Of a stretch of DNA of 64,000 nt, positions 52,500-64,000 are shown piece after piece. The position numbers and the translations under genes were made by a program. How positions within the stretch are numbered: the first letter of the stretch is position 1; the number at the start of each line of letters is the position of its first letter. Where the stretch lies: assembly GCA_963847445.1 (NCBI GenBank), contig CAWJZV010000004.1, positions 203,736 to 267,735 on the forward strand. Reading direction: 5' to 3'. The notes below the pieces were generated by a model. That model had not been told where the DNA came from. It saw only the letters and a list, made by a program, of their open reading frames with translations, and did not search any database. The DNA is from an uncultured delta proteobacterium (GTDB lineage: Bacteria; Desulfobacterota; Binatia; UBA9968).

Positions 52500-53237
52500 A
52501 TGACGCAACAGCGACCGCCAGAAGCGCTGCCACCCAGACACGTCGCCATCATCATGGACGGCAACGGACGCTGGGCGAGCGCGCGAGGACTGCCGCGCAC
52601 GGCCGGTCACAAGCAAGGTGTCGAGGCGCTGCGGGGTGCGGTGCGCACCGCTTCCGATATCGGTGTCGAATACCTGACTATCTACAGCTTCAGTTCGGAG
52701 AACTGGGCGCGTCCGCGCTCCGAGGTGACATTCCTCCTCGACCTGTTACGCCGCTTTATCCTCCAGGATGTGGCGGAGCTTCACCGTGCCAATGTGCGCA
52801 TCCGTGTCATCGGCGAGCGTTGCGGGCTCGATCCCGACATCGTTGCCCTCCTCGAACATAGCGAGAAGCTGACCCAAGACAATTCCGGGCTCACGCTGAT
52901 TGTCGCCTTTAACTATGGCGGTCGCCAGGAGATCGCGCGAGCGGCGCGCGACATCGCTGAGGCAGTCAAATCGGGTCGGCTCGATCCGGCCGCCATAACG
53001 GTTGAACTGATCGGCAGCCACCTCGATACCGTCGGAATACCGGATCCAGACCTGCTGATCCGCACCGGCGGTGAGCAACGTCTTTCCAACTACCTCCTGT
53101 GGCAATGCGCCTATACGGAATTTGTCTTCGTCAACGAACACTGGCCGGACTTTACGCGCGAGACCTTCGAAAATGCGATTGCCGAGTTTCGCAAGCGCGA
53201 GCGGCGTTTCGGCGGCCTTGCGGTGCAGACCGCCTGA
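52500..53237 (+). CDS. uppS: Undecaprenyl diphosphate synthase
   Basis: HVAIIMDGNGRWA, FSSENW.RP, DLLIRTGGEQRLSNYLLWQ. Confidence 0.97.
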   Translation: MTQQRPPEALPPRHVAIIMDGNGRWASARGLPRTAGHKQGVEALRGAVRTASDIGVEYLTIYSFSSENWARPRSEVTFLLDLLRRFILQDVAELHRANVRIRVIGERCGLDPDIVALLEHSEKLTQDNSGLTLIVAFNYGGRQEIARAARDIAEAVKSGRLDPAAITVELIGSHLDTVGIPDPDLLIRTGGEQRLSNYLLWQCAYTEFVFVNEHWPDFTRETFENAIAEFRKRERRFGGLAVQTA

Positions 53238-53238
53238 C

Positions 53239-54090
53239 ATGCCCGATCGCAACGGGGTGAGTTCGCAATCACCCAAATGGCAAGACCTTGGCATCAGGAC
53301 ACTCTCTGCGGCTGTTCTCATGCCGGTTGTCCTTGTCGATATCTGGCTGGGCGGCGTCTGGTTCGAAGTCTTCGTGCTCCTGATCGGAGTCCTGATCGCG
53401 CGCGAATGGGTGCGCCTGGCACTGGCTGACGAAGACCTGCAATTTGGCCTCCATGTCCTGGCGGTGCTGGCCGCGGGTGTCCTGCCTTTCGCGACCGGTT
53501 TCATGATGACGCTCGCTGTGGTCGCGGTTGTCTGGCTCATCAGCGCCATGATGGCGCGCAGAACCAGCCGTGGCGCAATCTGGCCCTATCTCGGAATCCC
53601 CTATGCTGCGGGTTCGACGATGGCATTGATGATCCTCGGCAATGATGTGGCCTATGGACCATTGGCAATCGTCTGGTTGCTGGCGATTGTCTGGGCGGCC
53701 GACAGCCTTGCCTATTTTTCCGGAAGGATCATTGGCGGCCCCAAGCTTGCGCCTTTAATCTCGCCCAAGAAAACCTGGGCCGGCATGGCCGGCGCGGTTG
53801 TAGGCGGTGTCATGGCCTCGCTTGCCGTCGCTGCGCTGGCTGGATTGGATTCCAGGGTCTTTCTGGCACTGCTTGGCGGCCTCTTGGCCATCGTTGAGCA
53901 GGGGGGTGATCTCTTCAAGTCGGCGCTCAAGCGATTCTACGGCGTCAAGGATGCCGGGCGCCTGATTCCCGGCCATGGCGGCATCATGGACCGGGTCGAT
54001 GGCCTGGTGGCGGCGGCGATCGCCGGAGCGCTAATTGGCACGCTTCATAGTGGCTCTGGGGCCGCAGGTGCGGGACTTCTCCACTGGTAA
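53239..54090 (+). CDS. cdsA: Phosphatidate cytidylyltransferase
   Basis: WAADSLAYFSGR, KLAPLISPKKTWAG, GDLFKS.LKR...VKD...IPGHGGIMDRVD. Confidence 0.95.
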   Translation: MPDRNGVSSQSPKWQDLGIRTLSAAVLMPVVLVDIWLGGVWFEVFVLLIGVLIAREWVRLALADEDLQFGLHVLAVLAAGVLPFATGFMMTLAVVAVVWLISAMMARRTSRGAIWPYLGIPYAAGSTMALMILGNDVAYGPLAIVWLLAIVWAADSLAYFSGRIIGGPKLAPLISPKKTWAGMAGAVVGGVMASLAVAALAGLDSRVFLALLGGLLAIVEQGGDLFKSALKRFYGVKDAGRLIPGHGGIMDRVDGLVAAAIAGALIGTLHSGSGAAGAGLLHW

Positions 54091-54242
54091 CCATGATTTG
54101 CCGAAATATTGTCTCAATGGCCGTATTCTGTGGTTAATAATTCGTCACAGTTTCGGGCCGCCAGCCTTGGGGAGAGACCAGAGTTGGCCGGCCGGAACAG
54201 CGGACAAAAACGAGCCTGGTCCGGAAGAGATGGTGACGGCGC

Positions 54243-55388
54243 ATGAGCTTTTTTTTCAATCTAGATCTCGGCCTCATCGGCATCCTAGCCTACACGCTCG
54301 CCTTCCTGCTCGCCTTGACCATCATCGTCTTCATTCATGAATACGGTCACTTTCAGGTTGCGCGCTGGTGCGGTGTGAAAGTCGATACGTTCTCGGTCGG
54401 CTTCGGCCGCGAGATTTGGGGCTGGACCGACCGCCATGGAACCCGCTGGAAAATCGGTTGGTTGCCGCTGGGCGGGTTCGTCAAGTTCGAGGGTGATGCC
54501 AACGCCGCCAGCATGCCAGAGGACAATAGTCCTTCAAGACCGCCCAACGACAGCGATTTTCACCAGAAGAAAGTATGGCAAAGAGCCGCCGTTGTCGCTG
54601 CGGGGCCAATCGCCAATTTTCTCTTGGCGATTGCGATATTCGCCCTTTCCGCTCTGGCGATCGGCGTGCCGATCAATGATCCGCGGATCGATGGAATTGT
54701 ACCTGGTGGCGTAGCCGAGCAGGCGGGTCTTCAGCCTGGCGACTATGTGCGCTCGATCGATGGCCGCACCGTCGATTCGTTCTATGAGCTTGCCGAAATA
54801 GTTCGCTTCCGCCCCGGCGAGAAAATCGTGATGGGGATAGAGCGCAACGGCGCACCCCAGACCATTGAACTGACCATCGGCCTGCGCGAAGAGACCGATC
54901 CTTGGGCGGGGACCATTCGCGTCGGCTTTCTTGGCGTCGAGCACAGCGATGCAAACGATATGCGCATCGAACGCCAATCGATTTCCCAGTCCATCCACTA
55001 CGGCTTGGACCGGACCTGGATGATCGTCGACCTGACGATGCGCTATGTGAAGAAGCTTTTCTTGGGCCAGGAAAGCCCGGCCCAGCTCGGCGGCGTCATG
55101 TCGATGGCGAAGGCAGCAGGCGACGCCGCGGCGGCGGGACTGTTGCCCTTCGTATGGGTTGTGGGCTTTCTGTCGGTGAGTATCGGGCTGATCAATCTGT
55201 TCCCAATTCCGATGCTGGATGGGGGACATTTGGTGTTTTACGCGATCGAAGCCGTGCGTCGGCGTCCGCTTGACGCGAACGCCCAAGAATGGTGCTATCG
55301 AATCGGTTTTTCGCTTGTCTTGGCGTTGATGCTCATCGGCAACGGAAATGACGTGTGGAGATTTTTCAAGCCAATTCTAGGCCTTTGA
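54243..55388 (+). CDS. rseP: RseP (M50) intramembrane zinc protease
   Basis: HEYGH, PLGGFVKF, AGPIANF, PDZ region, NLFPIPMLDGG. Confidence 0.95.
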   Translation: MSFFFNLDLGLIGILAYTLAFLLALTIIVFIHEYGHFQVARWCGVKVDTFSVGFGREIWGWTDRHGTRWKIGWLPLGGFVKFEGDANAASMPEDNSPSRPPNDSDFHQKKVWQRAAVVAAGPIANFLLAIAIFALSALAIGVPINDPRIDGIVPGGVAEQAGLQPGDYVRSIDGRTVDSFYELAEIVRFRPGEKIVMGIERNGAPQTIELTIGLREETDPWAGTIRVGFLGVEHSDANDMRIERQSISQSIHYGLDRTWMIVDLTMRYVKKLFLGQESPAQLGGVMSMAKAAGDAAAAGLLPFVWVVGFLSVSIGLINLFPIPMLDGGHLVFYAIEAVRRRPLDANAQEWCYRIGFSLVLALMLIGNGNDVWRFFKPILGL

Positions 55389-55458
55389 AAATACGGCGAT
55401 ATCTTTCGTTTGATTTCGCGGGGAAACAGCGTAAAAGGGCAGGCAAGAAGAAGCCAAA

Positions 55459-57863
55459 GTGATGCGGGGCGGCGTCGACTTGAGGGTGATTGGCCAATTG
55501 ATGTTTTACCGGTTTGTAGTCGTCTGGCTATGGGTCCTGGCATTCGCCGTGCTGGGGCCTGTTGCAGCGCCAAGATTCCTCGCATCGGATGCGCAAGCGC
55601 AGGTCATTTCAAGAATAGTTGTTGAGGGCAACCAGCGCATCGAGCCCGACACCGTCGTCTCCTATATGCAGATCGGACCGGGCGACTACTACGATCCCGA
55701 ACGCATCGACGAATCAGTCAAGTCGCTGTTCCAAACCGGCCTGTTCTCTGATGTCAAAATATTCCTTCGCGGCAACCAGCTCGTTGTTGTGGTGGACGAG
55801 AACCCGCTGATCAATCAGGTCAATTTCGAAGGCAACAGCGCGATCAAAGACAAGGATCTCGCCAAGGAAGTGGAACTGCGCGAGCGCACGGTATTGACGC
55901 GCGCCAGGGTCCAGAGCGACATCCAGCGCATTATCGCGCTCTATCGCCGGTCGGGCTACTACTCGGCGCGCGTCGAGCCCAAGATCATTCGGCTGCCGCA
56001 AAACCGCGTCGATCTGGTTTTCGAGATCAATGAGGGCACCGAAACGCTGGTGGCTTCGATCGCCTTCATTGGCAACGAGTTTTTCAGCGATAGCGACTTG
56101 CGCGCGGTCGTAAGCACCAAGGAATTCGCCTGGTGGAAGATCATGTCGACGGCGGATCGCTATGATCCCGATCGTTTGAACTACGACAAGGAATTGCTGC
56201 GCCGCTACTACCTCAAGACGGGCTTTGCCGACGCCAAGATTATTTCTGCCGATGCCGAATTGGCACCCGATGGTGAGAGCTTCTACATCACCTTCACTGT
56301 CGAGGAAGGTCCGCTCTACAGAATTGCGGCGGTGACGATCGACGAAGGCGATACCAATCTCGATCCCGATGCCCTGCGTTCGGCCGTGGCGATTGGGCCA
56401 GGCGAAGATTACGACGCAACCAAGATCGACAAGACTGTCGAACGGATGACGATCGAAGCGGGCAAGGCGGGCTATGCTTTTGCCAAGGTCGAGCCGCAGA
56501 TTGAGCGAGACCCGATCAACCGGACATTGTCGGTCACATACCGAATTCAGGAAGGTCCGCGCACCTATATCGAGCGTATCGATATTGTCGGCAACAAGCG
56601 TACGCGTGACGAAGTTATCCGTCGCGAACTGCGCCTCTACGAGGGCGACGCCTACAATCGGGTTCTAGTCGATCGCGCCCGCCGGCGGCTTACGGCGCTA
56701 GACTTCTTCGAGAAGATCAACTTTCGTGAGGATCCCGGCTCCGCTCCCGATAAGGTGGTCATCATCATCGAACTTGTCGAGAAGTCCACTGGTTCGCTCA
56801 ACTTCTCGGCCGGTTACTCAACCAACGACGGTGTCGTGCTTGGCGTCTCGCTGGCCGAGCGCAACTTCATGGGTCGCGGCCAGTCCGTGAAGCTGAATAC
56901 GTCACTGAGCCTCGATCGGCAGTCGGTGGATTTCAGCTTCACTGAGCCCTATTTCATGGGCATGCCGCTCGCGGTCGGCACCGACCTGTTTACAACGTAT
57001 ACGGACGATCAGAAAGCTTCATCCTATTCGCTCTTCGCGGTCGGTGGCGCCGTTCGCACCGGCTTCAGGATCGATGAGTTCCAAGGCATGGGGATTCAGA
57101 TATAGCTTGGCACGCCGCGACGTCGAGAATGTGCCGGACAGCGCCTCGCTAGCCATCTAGATTTCCGAAGGTGTCACGTGGAAATCCATGATCGGCGCCA
57201 CCTATACCTATGATGATCTCGACAACCCGGTACGCCCGACCAAGGGATTCCGTGGTCGCCTGGCAGCCGACCTCGCCGGACTTGGCGGCAACGTCTATTA
57301 CGGCGCGACGGAGGCCTCGGGCTGGTACTTCATTCCGATCTACGAAGAGAAGGTCGTGTTGAAGCTCGAAGGCAATGTCGGCATGGAACAGCCATGGAAC
57401 GGCAAGGAAGTGCCGATTTAAGACCGATACTTCAAAGGCGCCGACAGCTTCCGTGGAATTCGCGCCGCAGGGCGTTGGACCGCGCCAGGAAAACGAAGAA
57501 ACAAGCCGCAAAGACGCGATCGGCGGGCAAGTCTTCGCGATCGGAACCGTCGAAATGGTCTTCCCGCTCGGTTTGCCGGACGAGTTTGGTCTGGAGGGTT
57601 CCGTCTTCTCGGATTTTGGCACCGTTTTCGATGCACCCGAAAAGTCGACGGTCAACAGCGATGCCGAGGAATGCGACCCCGATCCGGCACCGTGCATACA
57701 GAACGAGGTGTTCGATACGGCGGCATTTCGGGCATCCGTCGGTGCCGGCGTGATCTGGCAGTCGCCTTTCGGCCCGTTGCGCGTCGATCTTGCTTATCCC
57801 TTTGCCAAGGCCGATTATGACAAGACTGAGTTTTTCCGTTTCAGCTTCGGCAGCCGCTTCTAA
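55459..57863 (+). CDS. bamA: Outer-membrane assembly factor BamA (indels near 57100 and 57420)
   Basis: POTRA repeats (VEGNQRIE, GNKRTRDEVIRRE), ERNFMGRGQ, WQSPFGPLRVD, terminal FSFGSRF. Confidence 0.95.
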
Positions 57864-57905
57864 CCTGACTGCCAGCATGGACTAATATCGTTTTGCGGAC
57901 GGTCT

Positions 57906-58409
57906 ATGCCGTCCGCAACCGCTTTGGGGCTTCGAATGCCGGATTTAACGGGCACATTGCGCAGCGCAGATATCACGCGGGTCATGAAATTGCTGCCGCA
58001 TCGCTATCCCTTCCTGTTGATCGACAGGATGGTCGATCTTGACGGCGACCGCTCAGGCACCGGCATCAAGAATGTGACGATAAACGAGCCGTTCTTTCAG
58101 GGTCATTTCCCGGGAAGACCCGTCATGCCCGGCGTATTGTTGATAGAGGCGATGGCGCAGACCGCCGGCGCCCTCGTACTTGATACCCTTGGCGACGAAC
58201 ATGCGGGCAAGCTCGTGTTCTTCATGTCGATCGACAATGCCCGCTTTCGCCGTCCCGTTCTTCCCGGCGACACGGTCCACTTTCACGTAAAGCTCACGCA
58301 GAAGCGTCCGCCTGTATGGAAATATGCGGCTGAAGCTATGGTCGACGGCAAGAAAGTCGCTGAAGCAGAGATTGGCGCGATGTTGATGAACGATCGCGGC
58401 GCAGACTGA
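57906..58409 (+). CDS. fabZ: 3-hydroxyacyl-ACP dehydratase
   Basis: [42 protein letters not shown]. Confidence 0.96.
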   Translation: MPSATALGLRMPDLTGTLRSADITRVMKLLPHRYPFLLIDRMVDLDGDRSGTGIKNVTINEPFFQGHFPGRPVMPGVLLIEAMAQTAGALVLDTLGDEHAGKLVFFMSIDNARFRRPVLPGDTVHFHVKLTQKRPPVWKYAAEAMVDGKKVAEAEIGAMLMNDRGAD

Positions 58410-58410
58410 A

Positions 58411-59715
58411 TTAGCGCCCGCGGCGGCTCATCGGCACATAATCGCGACGGGGCGAGCCTGTATAGAGTTGGCGCGGCCGCCCAATCTTCTGCGAGGGATC
58501 CTCGATCATCTCCTTCCACTGGGCAATCCATCCCACCGTCCGCGCCACCGCAAAGAGAACGGTGAACATCGACGTCGGGAAGCCCAGCGCGCGCAAGATG
58601 ATGCCGGAATAGAAATCGACATTGGGATAGAGCTTGCGCTCGATGAAATAGGAAGTCGCTGAGCGCCGCCTTTTCCAGCTCACGCGCGACATCGAGTAGG
58701 GGATCGTCCTTGATACCTAAGTTCGCCCAGGACCTCGTGCGCCGTCTTCTGCATGATCTTGGCGCGCGGATCGTAGTTCTTGTAGACGCGATGGCCGAAG
58801 CCCATCAATCGCGTGTGCTGCGACTTGTCCTTCACCCTAGCGATGAAGGCGGCCACTTTGCCCGGATCGCCGATCTCGCCCAGCATCTGCAAAGCCGCCT
58901 CATTGGCGCCGCCATGCGCCGGGCCCCATAGGCAGGCAATGCCCGCCGCAATACAGGCGAACGGATTTGCTCCCGACGAGCCTGCCAGTCGCACCGTCGA
59001 CGTCGATGCATTCTGCTCATGATCGGCATGGAGAATGAATATCTTGTCCATGGCGCGCGCCAGGATCGGATTGACCTTGTACTCCTCGCATGGCACCGCA
59101 AAGCACATGTGCAAGAAATTTGCGGCGTAGGACAGGTTGTTGCGCGGATAAACGAAAGGCTGGCCGATATGATACTTGAATGCCATGGCGGCAATAGTCG
59201 GAAGCTTGGCGATCATCCGCCGTGAGGCGATCTCACGCTGCCGCGGATCGGTGATGTCGGTAGAGTTGTGATAGAAAGCCGACAGCGCGCCGACGACTCC
59301 CACCAGCACGGCCATCGGATGTGCGTCACGACGAAAGCCTGTAAAAAACCGGCTCATCTGCTCGTGTATCATCGTGTGGTGCGTGATGGCGTATTCGAAC
59401 TCTTTGCGCTGGGCCGGGTTGGGAAGTTCGCCGTAGTAGAGCAGGTAGCAGGTCTCGAGGAAGTCGCCGTGCTCGGCCAACTGCTCGATCGGATAACCGC
59501 GATAGAGCAGAATCCCTTCATCGCCGTCGATATAGGTGATCTTTCGACTCGCATGAAGCGGTCGAGGTGAAACCAGGATCGTAGGTGAAGACATCGCCCT
59601 CGGAATAAAGTTTGGTGATTTCGACGACATCAGGCCCGAGCGTCCCATGCTTGATGGGGAGGTCCAGGTTTTTCTCGCCGATGCTCAATTTCGCCGTCGT
59701 GCTTCGGTCGGCCAT
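58411..59715 (-). CDS. gltA: Citrate synthase (type II), indels near 59545 and 58700
   Basis: [69 protein letters not shown]. Confidence 0.95.
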
Positions 59716-59845
59716 GTCTGCCTCCTTGCCTCGCGGTTTTCTCTGCGCCGTCAATCTGACGATCCGACGAACGCCCGCCTCTCAATTGGGATAGGTCTAG
59801 AGTATTGCACCGCACAACAAACGGGTCAATAACACTGACCTGTTC

Positions 59846-61274
59846 TCACGCGGACTGATCCTTGACACGCGCCAGGGATTTATCGCGACCGAGAACTTCC
59901 AGAACGTCAAATATGCCCGGTGATGTACTGGTTCCCGTCAATGCCGCACGCAGGGGCTGTGCGAGCTTGCCCAGCTTCAAATTCTTCTGCTCGGCCAGCA
60001 CTTTCAATTGCTCTTCAAGTCGCGCCGCGTTCCAGTCTGCCTCGGTCACCGCACCCAAGGCGACGAGGCTAAGACTGTTGGCTGCCTGGCCTTCCGCGGT
60101 CAAAAGCTGTTCAGCCTTGGCGTCGAGCTTTCAATGGGCGTTTGGCGAACAGATACCGTGCGCCATTCATGAGATCGAGCAGCGTCTTGGCGCGCTCCTT
60201 AAGACCAGGCATGGCCTTGAGCAGCTTGGATTTCATCGCGTCATCGATCTGCGCGAGAAGGGCGGCGCCACCTTCGGCATGAGGAAGGAAACGAAGAAGG
60301 TGATCGAGCAGTGTGGCGTCTGGCGTTGTGCGAATATAGTGGCCATTGAGGTTCTCGAGCTTGGCGAAATCGAACCGGGCCGCCGACTTGCCGATCCCAT
60401 CCAGTTCGAACCAATCGATCATCTGGTTGGTGGAGAATATCTCGTCATTGCCATGGCTCCATCCGAGCCGCGCCAGATAGTTCCGCATCGCTTCCGGCAG
60501 ATAGCCCATGGCCCTGTAGGCCTCGACGCCAAGCGCTCCATGTCGCTTCGAAAGCTTGGCGCCGTCCGGGCCATGAATAAGCGGAATATGCGCCATGTGC
60601 GGGACCTGCCATCCGAGCGCCCGATAGATTTGCGATTGCCGTGCGGCATTGGTCAGGTGGTCTACACCGCGTATGATGTGGGTGACGCCCATGTCATGAT
60701 CATCGACCACCACGGCCAGATTATAGGTCGGGTTGCCGTCCGAACGCAGGATGATGAGATCGTCGAGATCCTTGTTGGCGAAGACCACGCGTCCTTGCAC
60801 GGCGTCATCGATAACCGTTTCGCCGGATTGCGGCGACTTGAACCGGATTGCCGGCTTGATGCCGGTTGGCGCATGCGATGGGTCACGCTCGCGGCAGGTT
60901 CCATCATAGCGGATAGGCTGCTTCTCAGCTTCGGCCTTGGCGCGCTTCGTGGCGAGTTCCTCAGGCGTGCAATAGCAGTGATAGGCATGCCCGCTATCGA
61001 GGAGCTGTTGTACCGCCTCCCGGTGCCGCTCGACACGTCCATATTGCGAAACGGCCTCGCCGTCCCAAGTGAGACCGAGCCAGGAGAGCCCGTCGAGGAT
61101 TGCATCGACAGCCGCATCCGTTGAACGCTCGCGATCCGTGTCCTCGATCCGCAAGAGCATCTTGCCGCCGAGGTGTTTGGCATAGAGCCAGTTGAACAGC
61201 GCCGTACGCGCGCCGCCAATATGCAGAAAGCCAGTCGGGGAGGGGGCAAAGCGCGTCACGACCGGCAATGACAT
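59846..61274 (-). CDS. gltX: Glutamyl-tRNA synthetase (indel near 60125)
   Basis: [36 protein letters not shown]. Confidence 0.96.
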
Positions 61275-61373
61275 CAGGGCAGTTCTCCGTCTAAATTACC
61301 TAAGGATAGCGCCTTCTTGCGTTGGGCCTGCGTTAGCACGGCCTTCGCCGAGGCGTAAGGGGACGGAGCGAAG

Positions 61374-63532
61374 GTGAGCGTTACCGCTGTTGCAACGGAT
61401 ACGCAGGTTGCTCGCGCTAACCTGGCCGCCTGGATGCAGTCTGCGAACTGGCGCATCGCGGCGCAGGAGGGCGCACTTTTTGCCTGGACGCCCATATGCC
61501 TGATGATCGGTATCTGGGGCTATTTCGCACTCAAACAGGAACCGACCCTGTTCCTCGTTCTCTTCCTGGCTCCTTTGATCGCCGGCCCGGCGCTCATATG
61601 GACAAGAAACCGCAATCGTCATGTGGCGCTCGCGTTTGCGCTTCTTATTGCAGGCTCGTGCCTGGGCAAGCTGCGCACCGAGTGGGTTCGCGCACCGGTA
61701 CTTCCGGCCACTACCGGCAAAGTCATCTGCGAAGGGGAAGTCGAAGCAATTCAGATGCGGAAGGGAGATCGCCAGTCTCTCACCATTCGTCTCGCATCCC
61801 TGACAGGCGTGGCTGCTCACAACCGGCCCAATCGTATTCGTTTGAATACGGCCGCCACGCCCATCATTGCGATTGGCGACCACATCAGGACCGACTGCAC
61901 CCTGATGCCGCCGCCGGCGCCGGCCGAGCCGGGCGGTTATGACTACGCGCGCACCTTATGGTTTGAAGGGATTGGCGCGACAGGGCGCGCCCTCGGCCAA
62001 GCGACTATAATTGGTCATTCGCATTCTCTGCGTACCTGCAGAAGGCGCGGACCGCGATCGGCGATCGCATACGCAGCCACTTGTCGGGCGACATCGCCGC
62101 GATCGGCGAGGCGCTTATCACCGGGGAGCGGGCTGAGATTTCGCAGCAATCCAACACGAGCCTGCAGATTTCCGGCCTTGCGCATGTGCTCTCCATCTCG
62201 GGCCTCCACATGTCTTTAATCGCCGGCGGCGTCTTCGCGCTGGTGAGGGGCTTGCTCGCGTTGTCGCCCACCCTGGCGCTCAGCTTTCCGATCAAGAAAT
62301 GGGCCGCCCTTGCCGCCCTGCTGATCGGCTTCCTCTATATGCTGCTCTCCGGCAGCGCCGTCGCGACGCAGCGCTCCTACGTCATGTTGGCGATCATGTT
62401 CCTCGCCATACTATTGGACCGGCCGGCGCTCTCGACCCGCAACCTCGCCATTGCGGCGTTGCTGATCCTGGTCCTCGAACCGGAAGCAGCACTGTCGGCA
62501 AGCTTCCAGATGTCCTTTCTGGCCGTTGCCGGGCTTGTCTGTTTCTATGATGCCTGGTTTTCTCGCGATAAAGAAAGCGACCGGTCTCTTGAGCGCAACG
62601 GGGGATGGAGGAGATGGCGCGGCAAATTATGGCGCGCGCTCCTGATTGCGAGCGCTACCACGCTGATTGCCGGAACCCTCTCCTCAATTCCGGCACTCTA
62701 TCATTTCGGCCGCGCTTCGCCCTTCAGCCTGCTCGCCAATCTCTTGGCAACACCGGTGATCGGGCTCGTCGTGATGCCGATGGCGCTGGCGAGCATTCTG
62801 CTGATGCCGCTTGGCCTGGATGCGCTGCCCTTGCAGCTCATGGGCGAGGGACTGCGTGTCATGCTCTCGATTTCCGACTGGGTTGCCGCCCTGCCCAGCG
62901 CACGCATGATGGTTCCCACCCTTGCGCTGAGTACCGTACTGCTCTTGGCTCTTGCAGCGCTGATGCTGTGCCTCCTTCGCGGACCGCCGCGCTGGGCAGG
63001 CCTTGTGCTGTTGCCCGTCGCCTTCGTGTGCGCTGGATTTCGCAATGAACCGGACATCCTCGTCGAGCGTACCGTGTCCAATGTCGCGATCCGCACCGAG
63101 ACGGGCCACTTGGCATTCGCAAATACGAAACGAGGCCGCTTCGCCGCGGAAAAATGGCTGCAGGCCAATGGCGAGGAGCCGCGTCTGACATCCTCATCGG
63201 GCAGATTGAGCTGGACCTGCACCAAGGCTAGTTGTCTGGCCATGGTGAAGGCCCACCGGGTCGTCTATCTCGACGACGTGGCCGCTTTAGGCGGCGGCTG
63301 TCCACCCGCCGACATCCTGATCGCCAGATTCCCCCTCCGCGATAAATGCGATGGGCGCCTGCTGACCATCGACCGGTTCGACGTATGGCGAAATGGCGCT
63401 TACGCCATATACCTCGACCAGGCTGGTATCACGCAGCGGACCTCGCGCAGCGAGCAGGGCAGGCGGCCTTGGACGCTTGCTCCCATTCCGCGACGGGACC
63501 TCGACAAGGAGCCGCCGGATGCGGTCCAATGA
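61374..63532 (+). CDS. comEC: ComEC/Rec2 competence protein (indel near 62040)
   Basis: EPGGYDYAR..WF, SGLAHVLSISGLHM, ATQRSYVM, SFQMSF, LLANLLA.P. Confidence 0.92.
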
Positions 63533-63552
63533 GCGGCCTCAGGGGACCTGCC

Positions 63553-64000
63553 ATGCCTGCCTCATACCCGCATCTTTTCTCGCCCGTCACGATCAACAAA
63601 ACGGAGATCCGCAATCGGATATTCTCGACCGGGCATGACACCTATCTGCCGGAAGGCGGCCTTCCTTCCGATGCGCTTATTGCCTATCAGCGCGCCCGCG
63701 CCAAGGGCGGTGCCGGCCTGATCATCATCCAGGTTGTCGGCGTCCACGAGAGTGCACGCTATACGAGCGAGCTTTTGATGGGCACGTCCGATGACTGCAT
63801 CCCATCCTTTCGCAGATTGATCGAGGCCATTCATGCCGAAGGCACAAAGGTCTTCGTCCAGCTTTTCCATCCCGGTCGCGAATTGCTCGGCCGTCCGGAA
63901 GGGGTGCTGCAATCGGCCTACGCCCCTTCATTGTCCCCCTCCGAGCGCTTCCGCGTCATTCCGCGGCCCTTGAGCCGCGATCTAATCGCCGAAATTATCG
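63553..64000 (+). CDS. NADH:flavin oxidoreductase (old yellow enzyme family), partial
   Basis: Manual translation MPASYPHLFSPVTINKTEIRNRIFSTGH...RARAKGGAGLII...VFVQLFHPGRE; runs off the window. Confidence 0.88.
   Translation, partial: MPASYPHLFSPVTINKTEIRNRIFSTGHDTYLPEGGLPSDALIAYQRARAKGGAGLIIIQVVGVHESARYTSELLMGTSDDCIPSFRRLIEAIHAEGTKVFVQLFHPGRELLGRPEGVLQSAYAPSLSPSERFRVIPRPLSRDLIAEII

Noticed and set aside
58411-59715. gltA duplication within one genome
   Set aside because: The two citrate synthases lie on opposite sides of the inferred junction at about 46,325.
59862-61124. Long antisense ORFs (also 333-716, 50078-51079, 51137-51895)
   Set aside because: Shadow frames of gltX, gltA, tsf and pyrH, expected in GC-rich coding DNA.
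4907-63532. Widespread frameshifts suggesting mass pseudogenisation or programmed frameshifting
   Set aside because: They are 1-nt indels, some in homopolymers (e.g. 48198-48200), and they hit essential genes such as gltX and bamA; long-read error is the simpler explanation.
1-64000. tRNA, rRNA (including tRNA-Sec) or riboswitch genes
   Set aside because: None recognised by eye; a tRNAscan-SE/Infernal run would be needed to exclude them.

Overview
The window looks like two unrelated sequences joined at about 46,325. Left part (1-46,325): a GC-rich bacterium whose gene content and intergenic repeat style resemble Candidatus Binatia/Binatota (inferred, not searched). It carries gltA, sixA, a polar amino-acid ABC operon, sthA, and a grdC-grdA pair in which grdA is a selenoprotein split at an in-frame UGA with a downstream SECIS-like hairpin. 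It also has a tandem array of four near-identical orphan ABC_sub_bind substrate-binding proteins whose differences cluster in short loops and whose start codons sit inside long heptamer-repeat hairpins. Further along are corA, TA genes, a UbiD-family gene, a stress/dormancy cluster (ybaK, hpf-CSD, usp, pntAB, hsp20, LonC-like, dksA-like), a Lol-like ABC export operon, an NTT-HEAT/cNMP pair and an ars operon cut at the junction. Six sigma-54-type promoter motifs lie between 26.9 and 41.4 kb, and several families of palindromic intergenic repeats occur throughout this part. Right part (46,326-64,000): a Rhizobiales-like alphaproteobacterial core region (rpsB-tsf-pyrH-frr-uppS-cdsA-rseP-bamA-fabZ, gltA, gltX, comEC) lacking the lpxD/lpxA/lpxI/lpxB genes normally found there. 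Many genes, including essential ones, carry 1-nt indels, so these are treated as long-read errors rather than true pseudogenes.
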